From: an uncultured delta proteobacterium
GTDB taxonomy: Bacteria; Myxococcota_A; Polyangia; Polyangiales; Polyangiaceae
DNA length: 64,000 nt
Reading direction: 5' to 3'
Assembly: GCA_963850305.1 (NCBI GenBank)
Contig: CAWKKR010000008.1
Span: forward strand, 320,001 to 384,000
Part shown: one piece after another, positions 9,294 through 22,425 of the stretch
Position numbering within the stretch: position 1 is the first letter of the stretch
Layout of the letters: the number at the start of each line of letters is the position of its first letter
Program-made: the position numbers and the translations under genes
Notes under the pieces: generated by a model
What the model was told of the DNA's origin: nothing
Database searches by the model: none
Seen by the model: only the letters and a program-made list of their open reading frames with translations

Positions 9294-11126
9294 TCATTCG
9301 ACGGTCACCGTCTTGGCGAGATTTCGCGGCTGGTCCACGTCCGTGCCCTTGAAGTCAGCCGAATAGTACGCGAGGAGCTGGAGCGGCAAGACGGTCAACA
9401 GAGGCTGCACGACCTCCGGCGCGTTCGGTATTTCGAGGACGTGCTGCGCGAGCGCACGACCCTCTTCGTCGCCTTCGGACACGATGGCGATGACCTGTCC
9501 ATCGCGTGCGCGCACCTCCTGCACGTTCGCGAGCGTCTTTTCGAAGTGACGGTCACGCGGCATCACGACCACGACGGGCATCTTCTCGTCGATCAGCGCT
9601 ATGGGACCGTGCTTCATTTCTCCCGCCGCGTAGCCCTCGGCGTGCGCATAGCTGATCTCCTTCAGCTTGAGCGCGCCCTCGAGCGCAATCGGATACGAGA
9701 GGCCGCGGCCGAGGAAAAGGACGTGCTCGGCCTGGTGGAAATGGCGCGCCACTTCCGCGACGGCGTCCTTGTTCTCGAGCGCGCGCCGCATCACGCTCGG
9801 CAGCTCGACGAGCGCCTGCAACACTTCCCGCGCCCGGGCCTCCGTGAGCGCACCGCGGCGGCGACCGATGTAGACGGACAGCAGCAGGAACGCGACGAGC
9901 TGCGTCGTGAAGCACTTCGTCGATGCGACCCCGATTTCCGGACCCGCGTGCGTGTAGAGCGCGCCGTGCGCGGCGCGCGGGATCGCGCTGTCGAGCACGT
10001 TCGTGATGGCGAGCACGGTTGCGCCGGCTTCCCGGGCAGCGCGGGCGGCGACCAGCGTATCGAGGGTTTCCCCGGACTGGCTCACCGCGACGACGAGATC
10101 GTCCTTGGTGAACACGGGATCCCGGTTGCGCACCTCGCTGGCGAGCTCGACCTGAGTCGGCACGCGGCCGAGTTGCTCGAGCCAGTATCTTCCGACGAGG
10201 CAGGCATGAAAGCTCGTGCCGCACGCGATGAGGTAGACGCGCCCGATGCGCTTGACGGTCTCGGCGTCCACTCCGAGCTCGGCGTCCACGACGTCCGCGG
10301 ATTCCAGCAAGATGCGCCCGCGGATCGTGTCTTCGACCGCGCGCGGCTGCTCGAAGATCTCCTTCAGCATGAAATGCTTGAAGCCGCTCTTCTCGGCCTG
10401 GAGCGGGTTCCAGTCGATGCGCTTCGGGGCTCGGTCGACGACCGTGCCGTCGAGCCGCTCGATGCGCACGCCCGTGGCCGTGAGCTCCGCGAGCTCACCA
10501 TCTTCGAGGAAGATCATGTCGCGCGTGTGGGCGAGGAGCGCCGGGATGTCACTGCCGCACAGGGTCTCTCCGTCGCCGATGCCGATCACGAGAGGCGCGT
10601 CGTGGCGCGCCACGACCAGACGGTCGGGTTCGTTGCGTGACACCACGGCGAGACCGTACGCGCCACGAACCTGGCGCAGCGCGACGCGAACGGCCTCGAA
10701 CAACCCGGACGCCCCCTGCTCGAGCGCGCGGTTGACCAGGTGAGCGACAATCTCGCTGTCCGTATCGCTCGCGAACTTGACGCCTTCACCCTCGAGCTTG
10801 CGCTTGAGGGCGAGGTGATTCTCGATGATACCGTTGTGGGCGAGCGCGACGGCGCCCGCCGCGTGGGGATGCGCGTTCACCTCGCTCGGACGGCCATGCG
10901 TGGCCCACCGGGTGTGTCCGAGCCCGGTCGTCCCCGCGAGGTTCCGGTGCTGGATCGACTTCACCAGATTGTCGAGCTTGCCGACCGCGCGCACGATCTC
11001 GATCTGCGCGCCGTCGTGGATCGCGAGACCCGCGGAGTCGTAGCCTCGGTACTCGAGCTTTCGCAAACCATCGAGGAGGATGGGCGCTGCCGCTCTGGGG
11101 CCGACGTAGCCGACGATGCCGCACAT
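9294..11126 (-). CDS. glmS: Glutamine--fructose-6-phosphate aminotransferase
   Basis: MCGIVGY N-terminus, GHTRWATHG, SQSGET, C-terminal DVDQPRNLAKTVTVE. Confidence 0.99.
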   Translation of the reverse strand: MCGIVGYVGPRAAAPILLDGLRKLEYRGYDSAGLAIHDGAQIEIVRAVGKLDNLVKSIQHRNLAGTTGLGHTRWATHGRPSEVNAHPHAAGAVALAHNGIIENHLALKRKLEGEGVKFASDTDSEIVAHLVNRALEQGASGLFEAVRVALRQVRGAYGLAVVSRNEPDRLVVARHDAPLVIGIGDGETLCGSDIPALLAHTRDMIFLEDGELAELTATGVRIERLDGTVVDRAPKRIDWNPLQAEKSGFKHFMLKEIFEQPRAVEDTIRGRILLESADVVDAELGVDAETVKRIGRVYLIACGTSFHACLVGRYWLEQLGRVPTQVELASEVRNRDPVFTKDDLVVAVSQSGETLDTLVAARAAREAGATVLAITNVLDSAIPRAAHGALYTHAGPEIGVASTKCFTTQLVAFLLLSVYIGRRRGALTEARAREVLQALVELPSVMRRALENKDAVAEVARHFHQAEHVLFLGRGLSYPIALEGALKLKEISYAHAEGYAAGEMKHGPIALIDEKMPVVVVMPRDRHFEKTLANVQEVRARDGQVIAIVSEGDEEGRALAQHVLEIPNAPEVVQPLLTVLPLQLLAYYSADFKGTDVDQPRNLAKTVTVE

Positions 11127-11149
11127 GTTGGATACCTCTACCCCGGAGG

Positions 11150-12073
11150 CTACCGGCCCGCCCCGAGACCGGGCAAGAGGCATGCGACGCGCTCGCACAG
11201 CATCCGGTCCGCAGGGCCCATGCGGTCAGTATTCTCTCTCAGCGTCTCGTAATACTGGGCGATCAAGTCGTCGCTCCCGAGCGGCACGCGCGCGCGGAGC
11301 GAGGCCAGTTGCTGGATTGTGTCCTCGCGCAGGGGCCGCACGGCCAGCAAGTGGACCTCCAGGGCCAGGTCGACCCAGTGCGTGTCGTGTGTCTCCGCGG
11401 CGAGCTTCACGGCATACCGGCCCGCGACGTCGACGAGACCCGCGCTCGGAAAATGACCGCCCCGTGCGCCCGACAGCACGTCCTCGAGCGGGCTCGACAG
11501 GATCTTGATGGCCGCCTCGAGCCGGCCGAGCGTGAACATCTTGTCGGCGAGGCGACCGACGTGTTGGAACGCTTCCACATCCGCGGAAGGCGGAGGCATC
11601 GTCGCGACGTTCGCCGACGACTTGCGACGCGGCACGGGTTTACTGCTCGAGGGAGCCGCGAACGGTCCGTCGTCGCTCCCGGGAGTCAGACGGGTGGGCG
11701 GCGGCTCGAGCACGGGGATGGTCGGCCGATCCTCGTCGGGCAGGACGATGACCTCCATCTCGCACGTGCCCACGAAGATGTGGTCGCCCTCGAAGAGCTG
11801 GGCCCTGCCGTGAAGCCTGACCTGATTCACGAAGGTGCCGTTGGCGCTGGCCAGATCTTCGATGAAAGGACGCCCGGCGTCGAACGCGATGCGGGCGTGT
11901 TTCCGGGAGACGAGCCCCTCCCCGACCACGATGTGACAATCCTCGCCCCGCCCGATGAACATGTCGTCATCCGCGATGGGCACGTCGCGATCGGCGAAAT
12001 GAAGGCCATAGCGGACGCCCGCCGGAGCGCCGTGTGCCTCTGACACCGGCATGCGGAAGGGGCCGCTCGTCAT
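11150..12073 (-). CDS. FHA domain protein
   Basis: FIGRGEDC...VSRKHARI...DLASANGTFVN. Confidence 0.88.
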   Translation of the reverse strand: MTSGPFRMPVSEAHGAPAGVRYGLHFADRDVPIADDDMFIGRGEDCHIVVGEGLVSRKHARIAFDAGRPFIEDLASANGTFVNQVRLHGRAQLFEGDHIFVGTCEMEVIVLPDEDRPTIPVLEPPPTRLTPGSDDGPFAAPSSSKPVPRRKSSANVATMPPPSADVEAFQHVGRLADKMFTLGRLEAAIKILSSPLEDVLSGARGGHFPSAGLVDVAGRYAVKLAAETHDTHWVDLALEVHLLAVRPLREDTIQQLASLRARVPLGSDDLIAQYYETLRENTDRMGPADRMLCERVACLLPGLGAGR

Positions 12074-12137
12074 CCACCGAAAAGATTACCATAGCGGGAG
12101 ACCGAGTACAGAGACTCGCATCCGACCTCTCCCCACC

Positions 12138-12833
12138 TCAATCCCCGGTGCGGGAGCCCGGAACACCCGAACGGATGAGAAGATAAAGCAGCTGCATGAC
12201 GCCCGTGACGGCGCCCGCGGCGTACGTCATGGCGGCGGCGCGGAGCACTGTGGTGGCGCCCTCGGCCTCGTCCCTCGTGACGATTCCGAGCTCCTCGACG
12301 GCGACCCGCGCGCGGCGCGACGCATCGAACTCCACGGGGAGCGTGACGAGTGTGAAGAGTGCGAACACCGAGAACAGCATGACGCCCGCGTACATGAGCC
12401 CGAGGGAATGAACGACGACCCCGATGCCCGAGAGCATGACCCCGAGGTTCGAACCGAGCATCGCGGGTCGCGCGACGAGCGATCGAAGACGGAGTGGGGC
12501 GTACCCGCGCGCGTCCTGGACGGCGTGGCCCGCTTCGTGTGCGGCAACCCCGACGGCCGCGAGGGATCGACCGTGATAGACGTCCGGCGACAAGCAGAGG
12601 ACGCGCGCCCGCGGGTCGTAGTGGTCCGAGAGAAACCCGGGCGTCTCCTCCACACGCACGCCGGGAACCCCGCGCAGCCGCACGAGCTCGCGCGCGGCTT
12701 CTGCCCCGGAGAGCCCGCGGTGCGAAGGAACGCGCGCGTATCTGGCGAACACGGCCTTGACGTGGAAGCTCGTCCGCACGCTGAGCAGCATCCCCGGCAC
12801 CGCGAGGAGCAAATAGAGGGGGTCGAAAAGCAC
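12138..12833 (-). CDS. Putative neutral zinc metallopeptidase (YugP-like), membrane
   Basis: LSDHYDP, AAHEAGHAVQD (HExxH), TLPVEFDASRRA, AAAMTY. Confidence 0.93.
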   Translation of the reverse strand: MLFDPLYLLLAVPGMLLSVRTSFHVKAVFARYARVPSHRGLSGAEAARELVRLRGVPGVRVEETPGFLSDHYDPRARVLCLSPDVYHGRSLAAVGVAAHEAGHAVQDARGYAPLRLRSLVARPAMLGSNLGVMLSGIGVVVHSLGLMYAGVMLFSVFALFTLVTLPVEFDASRRARVAVEELGIVTRDEAEGATTVLRAAAMTYAAGAVTGVMQLLYLLIRSGVPGSRTGD

Positions 12834-12932
12834 GAAGTGGCGCCGACCGTAGCGCGGCGGTCCCGTCTTTCAAGGCCGGAAGCGCCTCCGAGAATCCTTC
12901 CGTGATCGGGCAATGGTAAGAAGGTGCGACCC

Positions 12933-14552
12933 ATGTCCCCGCGAACCACCGGCGATGCGTCGGGCGACGACGCGATCGGCGCCCAGGCGACCGCCCTGAG
13001 CGGGCGCGGCTTCGCGACTCCGCAGAGCGGCGCGACCGTGCGGCTCGCCAAGGTCTGCCCGGCCTGTTTCGAGCGCTACCCAGGCGACTTCCGCGTGTGC
13101 CCCCGCGACGCGACCGAGCTCACCGACGTCTCCGCGGACGAGGAAGTGGACACGCTCCTCGGCGCGACCGTCGGCGACACGTTTTGCATCGTGCGCGCCA
13201 TCGGCGAGGGCGGCATGGCCCGCGTCTACGAGGGGCGCCACGTGCGGCTCCCGAACCGGCGGTTCGCCATCAAGGTCCTGCACCACATGTACGCGCAGCA
13301 GCCCACGATCGTCGCGCGCTTCCAGCGCGAGGCGGAGGCCGCGAGCGGCATCGCGCACCCGAACGTCGTCGACGTCTTCGACGTCGGCACCACGCCGGAC
13401 GGTCGTCCGTATCTGGTGAGCGAGTTCCTCGAGGGCAAGGACTTCGCAACCCTCCTCGACGAGCGCGGACACATCGAGGCGGCCGCGGCGGTCCACGTCG
13501 TCCGCCAGGTCTGTCGCGCGCTCACCGCCGCGCACGCGCGCGGCGTCGTGCACCGCGACGTGAAGCCCGAGAACGTCTTTCTCGTCGGCGACATGGACGC
13601 GCCCATCGTGAAGGTGCTCGACTTCGGCATCTCCAAGTTCGACGTGGCCGGCGGTGCGACGCTCACGCAGACCGGTATGATCATGGGCACGCCGGGCTAC
13701 ATGCCCCCCGAGCAGGCACGCGGCGGAAAGACGGACCAGCGCGCCGACGTCTATGGCGTCGGGGCAATGCTGTATCGCGCGCTCACGGGCCAGCTACCGT
13801 ACGACTCCGACGATGCGAGCGAAACGCTCGGCATGGTGCTCGGAGACGAACCGCCGCCGCGCCCCCGCTCGATCCAGCCGAGCATCCCCGAGGCGCTCGA
13901 GATGGTCATCGAGCTTTCGATGTCGAAAAACCCCGACGATCGGTACCAGTCGATGGCGGAGCTCGACGAACGGCTCGCGCCCTTCGAGCCCGAGTCGTCC
14001 TCCAAGGTCTCGCTGCTTCCACCGCCCCCGGGGAGCCTGCGGCATCGGGGCGGCGTGAAAGCGACGCTGGCGACGCCGACGGCCCGCTCCCCGTCCGTCG
14101 GGGATGTCGAGCGTGACACGCGGGAAGCGCGACTCGCGCGACCGACCCTCGTGATGCTGTCGTTCGTGGCGTACGCGTGGCTCGTGGGGAGCTCCGTCGA
14201 TGGCGGGACCAGCGCCCTCGTGCATTTCCGTGGTGCGGCCGAAGCGACCCCGATGACACGGCTCGTAGTGACGATCGTGGTGGTCGCTTTGTCGCTGGCG
14301 CCGGTCGTCTTCTGGCTCCGGCATCTCGCGGACGTCTGGAAGAGCAGCGTGCGCGCCGTCGAACACGCTCGCGCGCTGCGGCGGGTCGTGCTGGCGGCCA
14401 CGGTCCCGTACGCGTTCTTGTCCCTGGGGCTCAGGGTGCTCACGCCGCCCGCAGATCCGCGCCTACCAACCCTGCTCGCCGGAGTGAGTCTCGCGACGGC
14501 GTTCGTGGCGTACGTGGTCGGGCGGATGGGCGGGAGGAGACGGAGGGGGTGA
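12933..14552 (+). CDS. Ser/Thr protein kinase with C-terminal transmembrane helices
   Basis: GEGGMARVY, AIKVL, HRDVKPEN, DFG, GTPGYMPPEQ; N-terminal CPAC..CP; hydrophobic C-terminus. Confidence 0.95.
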   Translation: MSPRTTGDASGDDAIGAQATALSGRGFATPQSGATVRLAKVCPACFERYPGDFRVCPRDATELTDVSADEEVDTLLGATVGDTFCIVRAIGEGGMARVYEGRHVRLPNRRFAIKVLHHMYAQQPTIVARFQREAEAASGIAHPNVVDVFDVGTTPDGRPYLVSEFLEGKDFATLLDERGHIEAAAAVHVVRQVCRALTAAHARGVVHRDVKPENVFLVGDMDAPIVKVLDFGISKFDVAGGATLTQTGMIMGTPGYMPPEQARGGKTDQRADVYGVGAMLYRALTGQLPYDSDDASETLGMVLGDEPPPRPRSIQPSIPEALEMVIELSMSKNPDDRYQSMAELDERLAPFEPESSSKVSLLPPPPGSLRHRGGVKATLATPTARSPSVGDVERDTREARLARPTLVMLSFVAYAWLVGSSVDGGTSALVHFRGAAEATPMTRLVVTIVVVALSLAPVVFWLRHLADVWKSSVRAVEHARALRRVVLAATVPYAFLSLGLRVLTPPADPRLPTLLAGVSLATAFVAYVVGRMGGRRRRG

Positions 14553-14558
14553 GAGGCT

Positions 14559-15020
14559 TCAGTCCGCTCTCGGTTCGACGGGGGCGCGCCAGAGTTCCTG
14601 GATGGGTCGGGGCAGGAGGCGGATGAGCTTGGCGGTCTCGTTGGGATCGAGATGTCAATCCATGACGCGGAAGACGGCGCGCGCCGCGAACTCGGGATCG
14701 AGTCGGCCGCCGGGGGGTAGGTCGCGTTCGATGAGCGCCAGGAACTCCTCCAGGGAGCGGACATGCGCCGGCGCCCGGTCAGGCTGCCAGCCGTCATAGA
14801 AAATGCCTCGTACGAGGAGCGGCAGCTGCGCGGCAAGGCCCGCCACCGATGTCAGCGGAAGCCGATCGCGAAGCGCGTGCAGCACGCACCGGAGCGCCGT
14901 GTACGCCACTTTCCTGTCGTCGTCCTGGTCGTCGCGGTGCAGCTCGCTCGTGACGCCTGCAAGCCATTCGTTGGTTTTGTGGAGGGTCCGGTCGATGGAA
15001 TCGATGTGGGTCGTGGTCAT
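14559..15020 (-). CDS. DUF2267 family protein with an in-frame TGA at 14655-14657
   Basis: TLHKTNEWL...AYTALRCVLHALRDRL...AAQLPLLVRGIFYDGW. The family-like tail HLDPNETAKLIRLLPRPIQELW continues in frame after the TGA to a stop at 14559. Confidence 0.8.
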
Positions 15021-15115
15021 GGGCTACCTCGTCGGGGTTCCCCGTCTCCCATGCAAGAGCGCGGCCAACCTCCGCTGCTTGCAGACACGCCCCGGGACAG
15101 CTATCCGTCGATGGC

Positions 15116-15881
15116 ATGTCCGAGGGGAACGAGAAGACCGAAGCCGAAGGGGCTCCGGCTCCAGGTGCAGCGCCCGCGGAGGCGGCGCCCGTCGTGGCAA
15201 CGCCGGCCGTCCCGGAAGCGCCTCCCGCCGGAGCTCCGGTGGCGGATGTGCCTCCCGGCGCCGTAGCACCTGCCCCGGCACCTGCGGAAGCGCCAGCGGA
15301 TTCAGAGGAGGAGGTCGTGCCCGAGGTGGAAGAAGTCGTCGCCCCGACACCGTCGCGGACGACGAGTCCCCATCCGCCGCCACCGCCGCGCCTTCGCACG
15401 GTCGCTTCGGCTGCTGCGGCGCGACCCATCCAGGTGACCGGCGAACCTCGGCTCGCCCGCGATTCTCATGGCGCGCCAGCTCTTCACCATCGGTCCGAAC
15501 GATCCCATCGAGCAGCTCGAGCAGCACATGATGAACTTCCACTTCCGCCACTTGCCCGTCGTCGAAGGGTCGAAGGTCGTCGGACTCATCGGTCACGCCG
15601 ATCTGCTGCACGCGCAATCGAGCTTCCTCTCGACGAGCGCCAAGGCCGAGAACGCCGTGCTCGGCAGACTCCCCGCATCGCGCATCATGCAGCGCGAGCT
15701 CGTCACCGCGCGACCCGACGAGCCGCTTTCCGCAGTCGCCGAGCGTCTCTGGTCGACGCGCGCCGAGGCCATCCTCGTCACCGAAGAGAGCGGCGCGCTC
15801 GTCGGAATCCTGACGGAACGCGACTTCGTGCGTCTCGCGCATCACTTCCTCGGCGCGCAGGACGAACCAAAGAGCGACTGA
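15116..15881 (+). CDS. CBS-pair protein with Pro/Ala/Glu-rich N-terminus, apparent frameshift at ~15463
   Basis: Removing one T from GATTC (15461-15465) gives ...EPRLARDLMARQLFT. CBS motifs FRHLPVVEG and LVGILTERDFV. Confidence 0.8.
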
Positions 15882-16041
15882 AGCACGGCGTCGGGGCTGG
15901 GCCGGGCCCGCCGAACGACCTGCGGGAAGGCGCAGCGTCGTATGAGACGCATGGTGTGTACCGTGGGGCCACGCTCGCGAACGCGGCATCGATCATGCAG
16001 GAAAGCTCGGGCGACGGAGAAACCCGAAGGAGTCGATCGAC

Positions 16042-19740
<3,699 letters not shown>

Positions 19741-20286
19741 TCAGGAGGATGCGAGGAGCTGTCGCTCGAGGACGGCGAGCCGTCCGCGCAGGCTGCCGTC
19801 GATGGTGTGATCCCCGATGCGGGTCACGACGCCCGCGATGAGCGCCGGATCTTCCCGCCGCTCGACCAGGATCTTGCGCGACGTGCGCTTCTCGAGCTCG
19901 GCGGCCAGGGTGCGGTAATAGTCCTCGGAGAGGGGGCGCGCGCTCGTCACGGTGGCACGGAGCACGCCCGCCTTTTCGTCAGCGAGGCGCGCGAGCATTG
20001 CGGTCACGTCGGGCAGCGCGGCCAGACGTCCGCGCTGCGAAAGGAGGCGAACGGCGTTGATCGCGAGAGGCGACGCCGCGAGCCGGACCCCGATGTCTTG
20101 CAAGATCGCGTCCCGCGACGCTTCGGCGACGACGGGATTCGAGAGGGTCGTCCGGAGCTCTTCGCTTTTGGCATAGGTCTCGGAGAAGCGCCGGATCTGC
20201 TCCGTGGTGGGCTGAACCTGCCCGGCTTCGTCCGCGAGCTCGAAGATGGCGCGCGCATACCGCTCGGCGATCGCAGCCTGGCTCAC
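19741..20286 (-). CDS. atpH: ATP synthase F1 delta subunit
   Basis: IAERYARAIFE, DPALIAGVVTRIGDHTIDGSLRGRL. Confidence 0.97.
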   Translation of the reverse strand: MSQAAIAERYARAIFELADEAGQVQPTTEQIRRFSETYAKSEELRTTLSNPVVAEASRDAILQDIGVRLAASPLAINAVRLLSQRGRLAALPDVTAMLARLADEKAGVLRATVTSARPLSEDYYRTLAAELEKRTSRKILVERREDPALIAGVVTRIGDHTIDGSLRGRLAVLERQLLASS

Positions 20287-20975
20287 GGGCGAGCCCCGAG
20301 CGGCGCCGTGCCGAGCGCCTTGAGGTAGTCCGCTGCGACGCGTTCGTGATCGGCCGCGGCGAGCTCTCTCGCGATGAGCTCTTCCGCGGATTTCATGGCC
20401 GCAGCGACGGTCTGCCGCACGAGTAGCTGATGTGCCGCCTTCGTCTCCTGCTCGACGAGCAGGCGCGCGTCGCGCTCCATGCGTTCACGACGCTCCCGGG
20501 CCTCCGCGAGGATACGCGCCCGCTCGGCCTCCGCGGTTTCGCGCATCTCGCGACGGATGCGCTCGACCTCTTCGTCCAGGTGCGCAAGCTTCTCTTCGTA
20601 CACGGCAAGACGGGCAGCGGCTTCGTCCTTCATCTTTCCCGCCTCCTCCATGCCGCGGACGATGCGCTCCTTGCGCTTCTTCAACCCGTCCGCGACGGGC
20701 TTCTTGCCGACCGCGATGAGGATGCCGAAGAGGAGGGCCCCGTTGATGAGGTTCGCAAGGAACGGTGGCGCCATCCCTTTCGGCCGATATGCGAGGCTCG
20801 GCTCGACGCCGTCCTTCTCACCGAGGAACCCGTAAGACCAGTTGAACTGGTCCTCCACGCCCTGTTCGGCGCTCGCGGGACGGGTCAGTTCCGCGGAAGG
20901 CAGGGCATGTCCGGTGCCCGCGAACGCGAGCGCGAAAAGCACCATCGCCAGCAGAGAAGCGTGGCGGGCGGTCAT
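20283..20975 (-). CDS. atpF: ATP synthase F0 b subunit (with N-terminal signal-like extension)
   Basis: LANLINGALLFGILIAVGKKPVADGLKKRKERI followed by a coiled coil; position in the atp operon. Confidence 0.9.
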   Translation of the reverse strand: MTARHASLLAMVLFALAFAGTGHALPSAELTRPASAEQGVEDQFNWSYGFLGEKDGVEPSLAYRPKGMAPPFLANLINGALLFGILIAVGKKPVADGLKKRKERIVRGMEEAGKMKDEAAARLAVYEEKLAHLDEEVERIRREMRETAEAERARILAEARERRERMERDARLLVEQETKAAHQLLVRQTVAAAMKSAEELIARELAAADHERVAADYLKALGTAPLGARP

Positions 20976-21469
20976 GGCCGCACCTCTCGTCCGAGCACCT
21001 GCGCGGCGACGTCGCGCGCGAGCCGCTCCGAATCCCGGCCGAGCTCGAACCGTATCGCGTGAATCTCTTCCTGCAGATTCTCGCGGCCCTCGTCGACGAT
21101 CCTCGCCGCGACCTTTCGCGCCTCCTGCATCTGCTCCGCCTCGAGGCGCGCCGTCTCGGCGCGGACCCGATCGCGTTCCTCGCCCGCCACGCGGTGCACC
21201 TTCTCGATCTCGTGGTCGTATTTCCGGAGCAGCTCGCCGGCCTTCTCCTGCATCTGACGTGCGGACGCCCTGGCGCCCTCGGTCCGCTTTTCGCGCTCCT
21301 CGAAGAGGCCGAGGACCGGGTCGAACAGGAGCGGCTTCAGGATCAAGATGAGGCCGGCAAACACCACCATCTGCACGACGAACGTCGGATCGAAGTCGAT
21401 GTTCACCGCGCCGGACGAGGCGCCGAGCTTCTGGCCCAAATCGAGCGCGGAGGACGCAAGGACGGACAT
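20972..21469 (-). CDS. atpF2: ATP synthase F0 b' subunit
   Basis: IDFDPTFVVQMVVFAGLILILKPLLFDPVLGLFEERE. Confidence 0.92.
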   Translation of the reverse strand: MSVLASSALDLGQKLGASSGAVNIDFDPTFVVQMVVFAGLILILKPLLFDPVLGLFEEREKRTEGARASARQMQEKAGELLRKYDHEIEKVHRVAGEERDRVRAETARLEAEQMQEARKVAARIVDEGRENLQEEIHAIRFELGRDSERLARDVAAQVLGREVRP

Positions 21470-21715
21470 CGAGTGCGGCGGCCTCGTAGCATCTTGGCAA
21501 AGACGCGTCTAGACGGCCGATGGGCGATCTGGCTTTGACGGGGACGCGGGGGCTTCATTCCCATTCCCGGAGAGATTTTGTTTCTGCGGATTTGTTTCGA
21601 CGCATTCCCCGTCGAACGATTCCGTTCGCCCGAACGCGATCCGATCACGTTCCGCGTCGGAGTAGCTCGCGCTCCAGCTCGGCGACCCGGGCGAGCGCTT
21701 GGTCCTTCAGCGCCT

Positions 21716-22213
21716 TCAATACACGCGGCTCCAGCCCTCCTCGTCCACCACCCGAACTCCCTGGTCGGGAAGCGCGTGGAGCCAGGCGCGAAGAGGGCGC
21801 TGGGTCGCGGGGTCGCGCGCCGTCGGAGCGACGTCGAGGAGCGGCTCGAGCGCGAAACGACGCTCGTGGAGCCGAGGGTGCGGCACGACCAGCCCCTCGT
21901 CGGCGACGGCTCGATCGTCGATGAAGAGAATATCGAGGTCCAGGGTGCGCGGGCCGAATCGCTCGCTCCGCACCCGGCCGAACGCGCGCTCGATGGCGAG
22001 CAGGGCGTCGAGCAAGGCCCGCGGGGTCCTGTCGCAGCGGAGTCTGACGGCCGCATTCAGGTAGTGCGGCTGTGGAGGTCCGACGGGTTCGGTCTCGTAC
22101 AGGCGCGAAACGGAGACGATCGCTCCGAGCTGGCCGATCTCCCGCACGGCCCGGCCGAGGGTGGCCAGGCGATCCCCGAGATTTGCTCCCAGTCCGACGA
22201 CGGCGTCCATCAC
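21716..22213 (-). CDS. folK: 2-amino-4-hydroxy-6-hydroxymethyldihydropteridine diphosphokinase
   Basis: GLGANLGDR, YETEPVG, FGPRTLDLDIL, PHPRLHERRFALEPL. Confidence 0.97.
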   Translation of the reverse strand: MMDAVVGLGANLGDRLATLGRAVREIGQLGAIVSVSRLYETEPVGPPQPHYLNAAVRLRCDRTPRALLDALLAIERAFGRVRSERFGPRTLDLDILFIDDRAVADEGLVVPHPRLHERRFALEPLLDVAPTARDPATQRPLRAWLHALPDQGVRVVDEEGWSRVY

Positions 22214-22411
22214 GCGGAACGATAGGCTACGCTGGGCGCGATGCTCGGGCTCACGGGTGGCGAGATATTCGTGACCGTTTTCATCGTCGTCGCGATCGTA
22301 TCCGCGCGGTGGTGGCCACGGGCGGGAGGTGCCATTGCCCTCATGCTGGGCGGAAAACGGACCTCGCAGCCCCCGCGAAGTCGATAATATAGGTGAAACG
22401 GAGGTCTCGGA

Positions 22412-22417
22412 TATAAT
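22412..22417 (+). promoter_or_regulatory. Candidate sigma-70 -10 element
   Basis: Perfect TATAAT in an AT-rich patch, 8 nt before GTG 22426; no clear -35. Confidence 0.35.
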
Positions 22418-22425
22418 CCCGACCT

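Noticed and set aside
11127..11150. glmS ribozyme upstream of glmS
   Set aside because: Only ~23 bp separate glmS from the upstream FHA gene, leaving no room.
14655..14657. Selenocysteine or programmed readthrough in DUF2267
   Set aside because: The position is not a Cys-type site, and a single C->T at a GATC (CGA->TGA) fits the window-wide error pattern.
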